From: Hormiphora californensis
Lineage: Eukaryota > Animalia > Ctenophora
Reading direction: 5' to 3'
Length of the DNA stretch: 64,000 nucleotides
Assembly (NCBI GenBank): GCA_020137815.1
Contig: CM035350.1
Span: forward strand, 4,402,001 to 4,466,000
Shown here: piece after piece, positions 63,548-64,000 of the stretch
Layout: each line of letters opens with the position of its first letter
How positions within the stretch are numbered: the first letter of the stretch is position 1
Made by a program: the position numbers and the translations under genes
Notes under the pieces: model-generated
Databases searched by the model: none
Told to the model about the DNA's origin: nothing
What the model saw: only the letters and a program-made list of their open reading frames with translations

Positions 63548-64000
63548 TGCCTGGTGGGATGGAATGGTAGTGATGTGGTGCTGAACTGAGCTTCGCTCTT
63601 CTTGGCGCCATATCACTGCAAGCCCGATCAGTCAACCTCCGCGTCGGTCCATCCTGGAAACGTACTCCGCGTGTGTGGTCCGGTTTTTTGCTCGGGGTCG
63701 GGTGGTCTTTGGCCTTGTTATGGGTGGTCGTGCTCCTGGTTCCGGCCGAGATGGGCTCTCTGTCTTAGCGGGGACTGGGGTGCGGTCGTCTTGGGCGGGG
63801 TCGGGGTCTTCCCTGTCCGTCGGGTGGGGGATCGGGCTGTGTGCGTGTTGTGCGGCTAATGACTGCGGACGTGAGATGCTATCTCCCATTAAGGGAGTAA
63901 ATTAAACGCCAGAGAACTAGCCTCGCTCAATATTGGCAACCGAGGGCCTCTGCCTTGTAGGCATGCCTGTTGACCCGGCAGCTGTAGCCTTTAAGACAGC
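63548..64000 (+). mobile_element. 5' part of a non-coding element related to 994-3015, inserted at the SPCS2 acceptor array
   Basis: 63878-64000 shares three sequence modules with 2491-2643 (reverse complement); begins with the HDV-like fold. Confidence 0.65.
63556..63865 (+). ncRNA. HDV-like self-cleaving ribozyme (predicted) with extended J1/2 and P4
   Basis: P1 GGGATGG 63556-62 pairs with CCATCCT 63649-55 (G·U at the cleavage site). P2 CAGTCA 63629-34 pairs with TGACTG 63860-65. P3 ACC/GGT with L3 TCCGCGTC. GG 63656-57 forms P1.1. P4 base CGTAC/GTGCG. J4/2 G-C63856-TAA. Confidence 0.75.

Noticed and set aside
63602-63905. Overlapping short ORFs in the terminal insert
   Set aside because: GC-rich, no homology, and better explained by RNA structure.

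Overview
Eukaryotic (animal) genomic DNA. It has short GT-AG introns, many (GA)n/(CA)n microsatellites and many MITEs; two of the MITE families resemble repeats I recall from Pleurobrachia-type ctenophores, so the taxon is an inference. Recognisable genes, in order: a cationic amino-acid transporter (SLC7/CAT, 3' part beyond the left edge), a CD225/dispanin gene, a small unknown 3-exon gene, ARMC1, a C7orf57-like gene with an intronless CEP164 CDS apparently nested on the same strand in its first coding intron, a rhodopsin-type GPCR, a divergent cytosolic MDH carrying four +1 frameshifts, a neurocalcin/hippocalcin gene with a duplicated alternative EF-hand-4 exon, MITF/TFE, iPGM, an SLC25A14/30-like carrier and the 5' part of SPCS2. 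RTE and L2/CR1 LINE fragments are also present. Most striking: three genes carry tandem minisatellites whose unit straddles one of their own splice sites. Two of these arrays (CAT, SPCS2) are interrupted, in gene-sense orientation, by related non-coding inserts that share structured-RNA modules. The SPCS2 insert begins with a well-formed HDV-like ribozyme fold; the CAT insert ends in a (CA)n tail with an apparent target-site duplication. All exon models were built by hand from splice signals and remembered protein homology.
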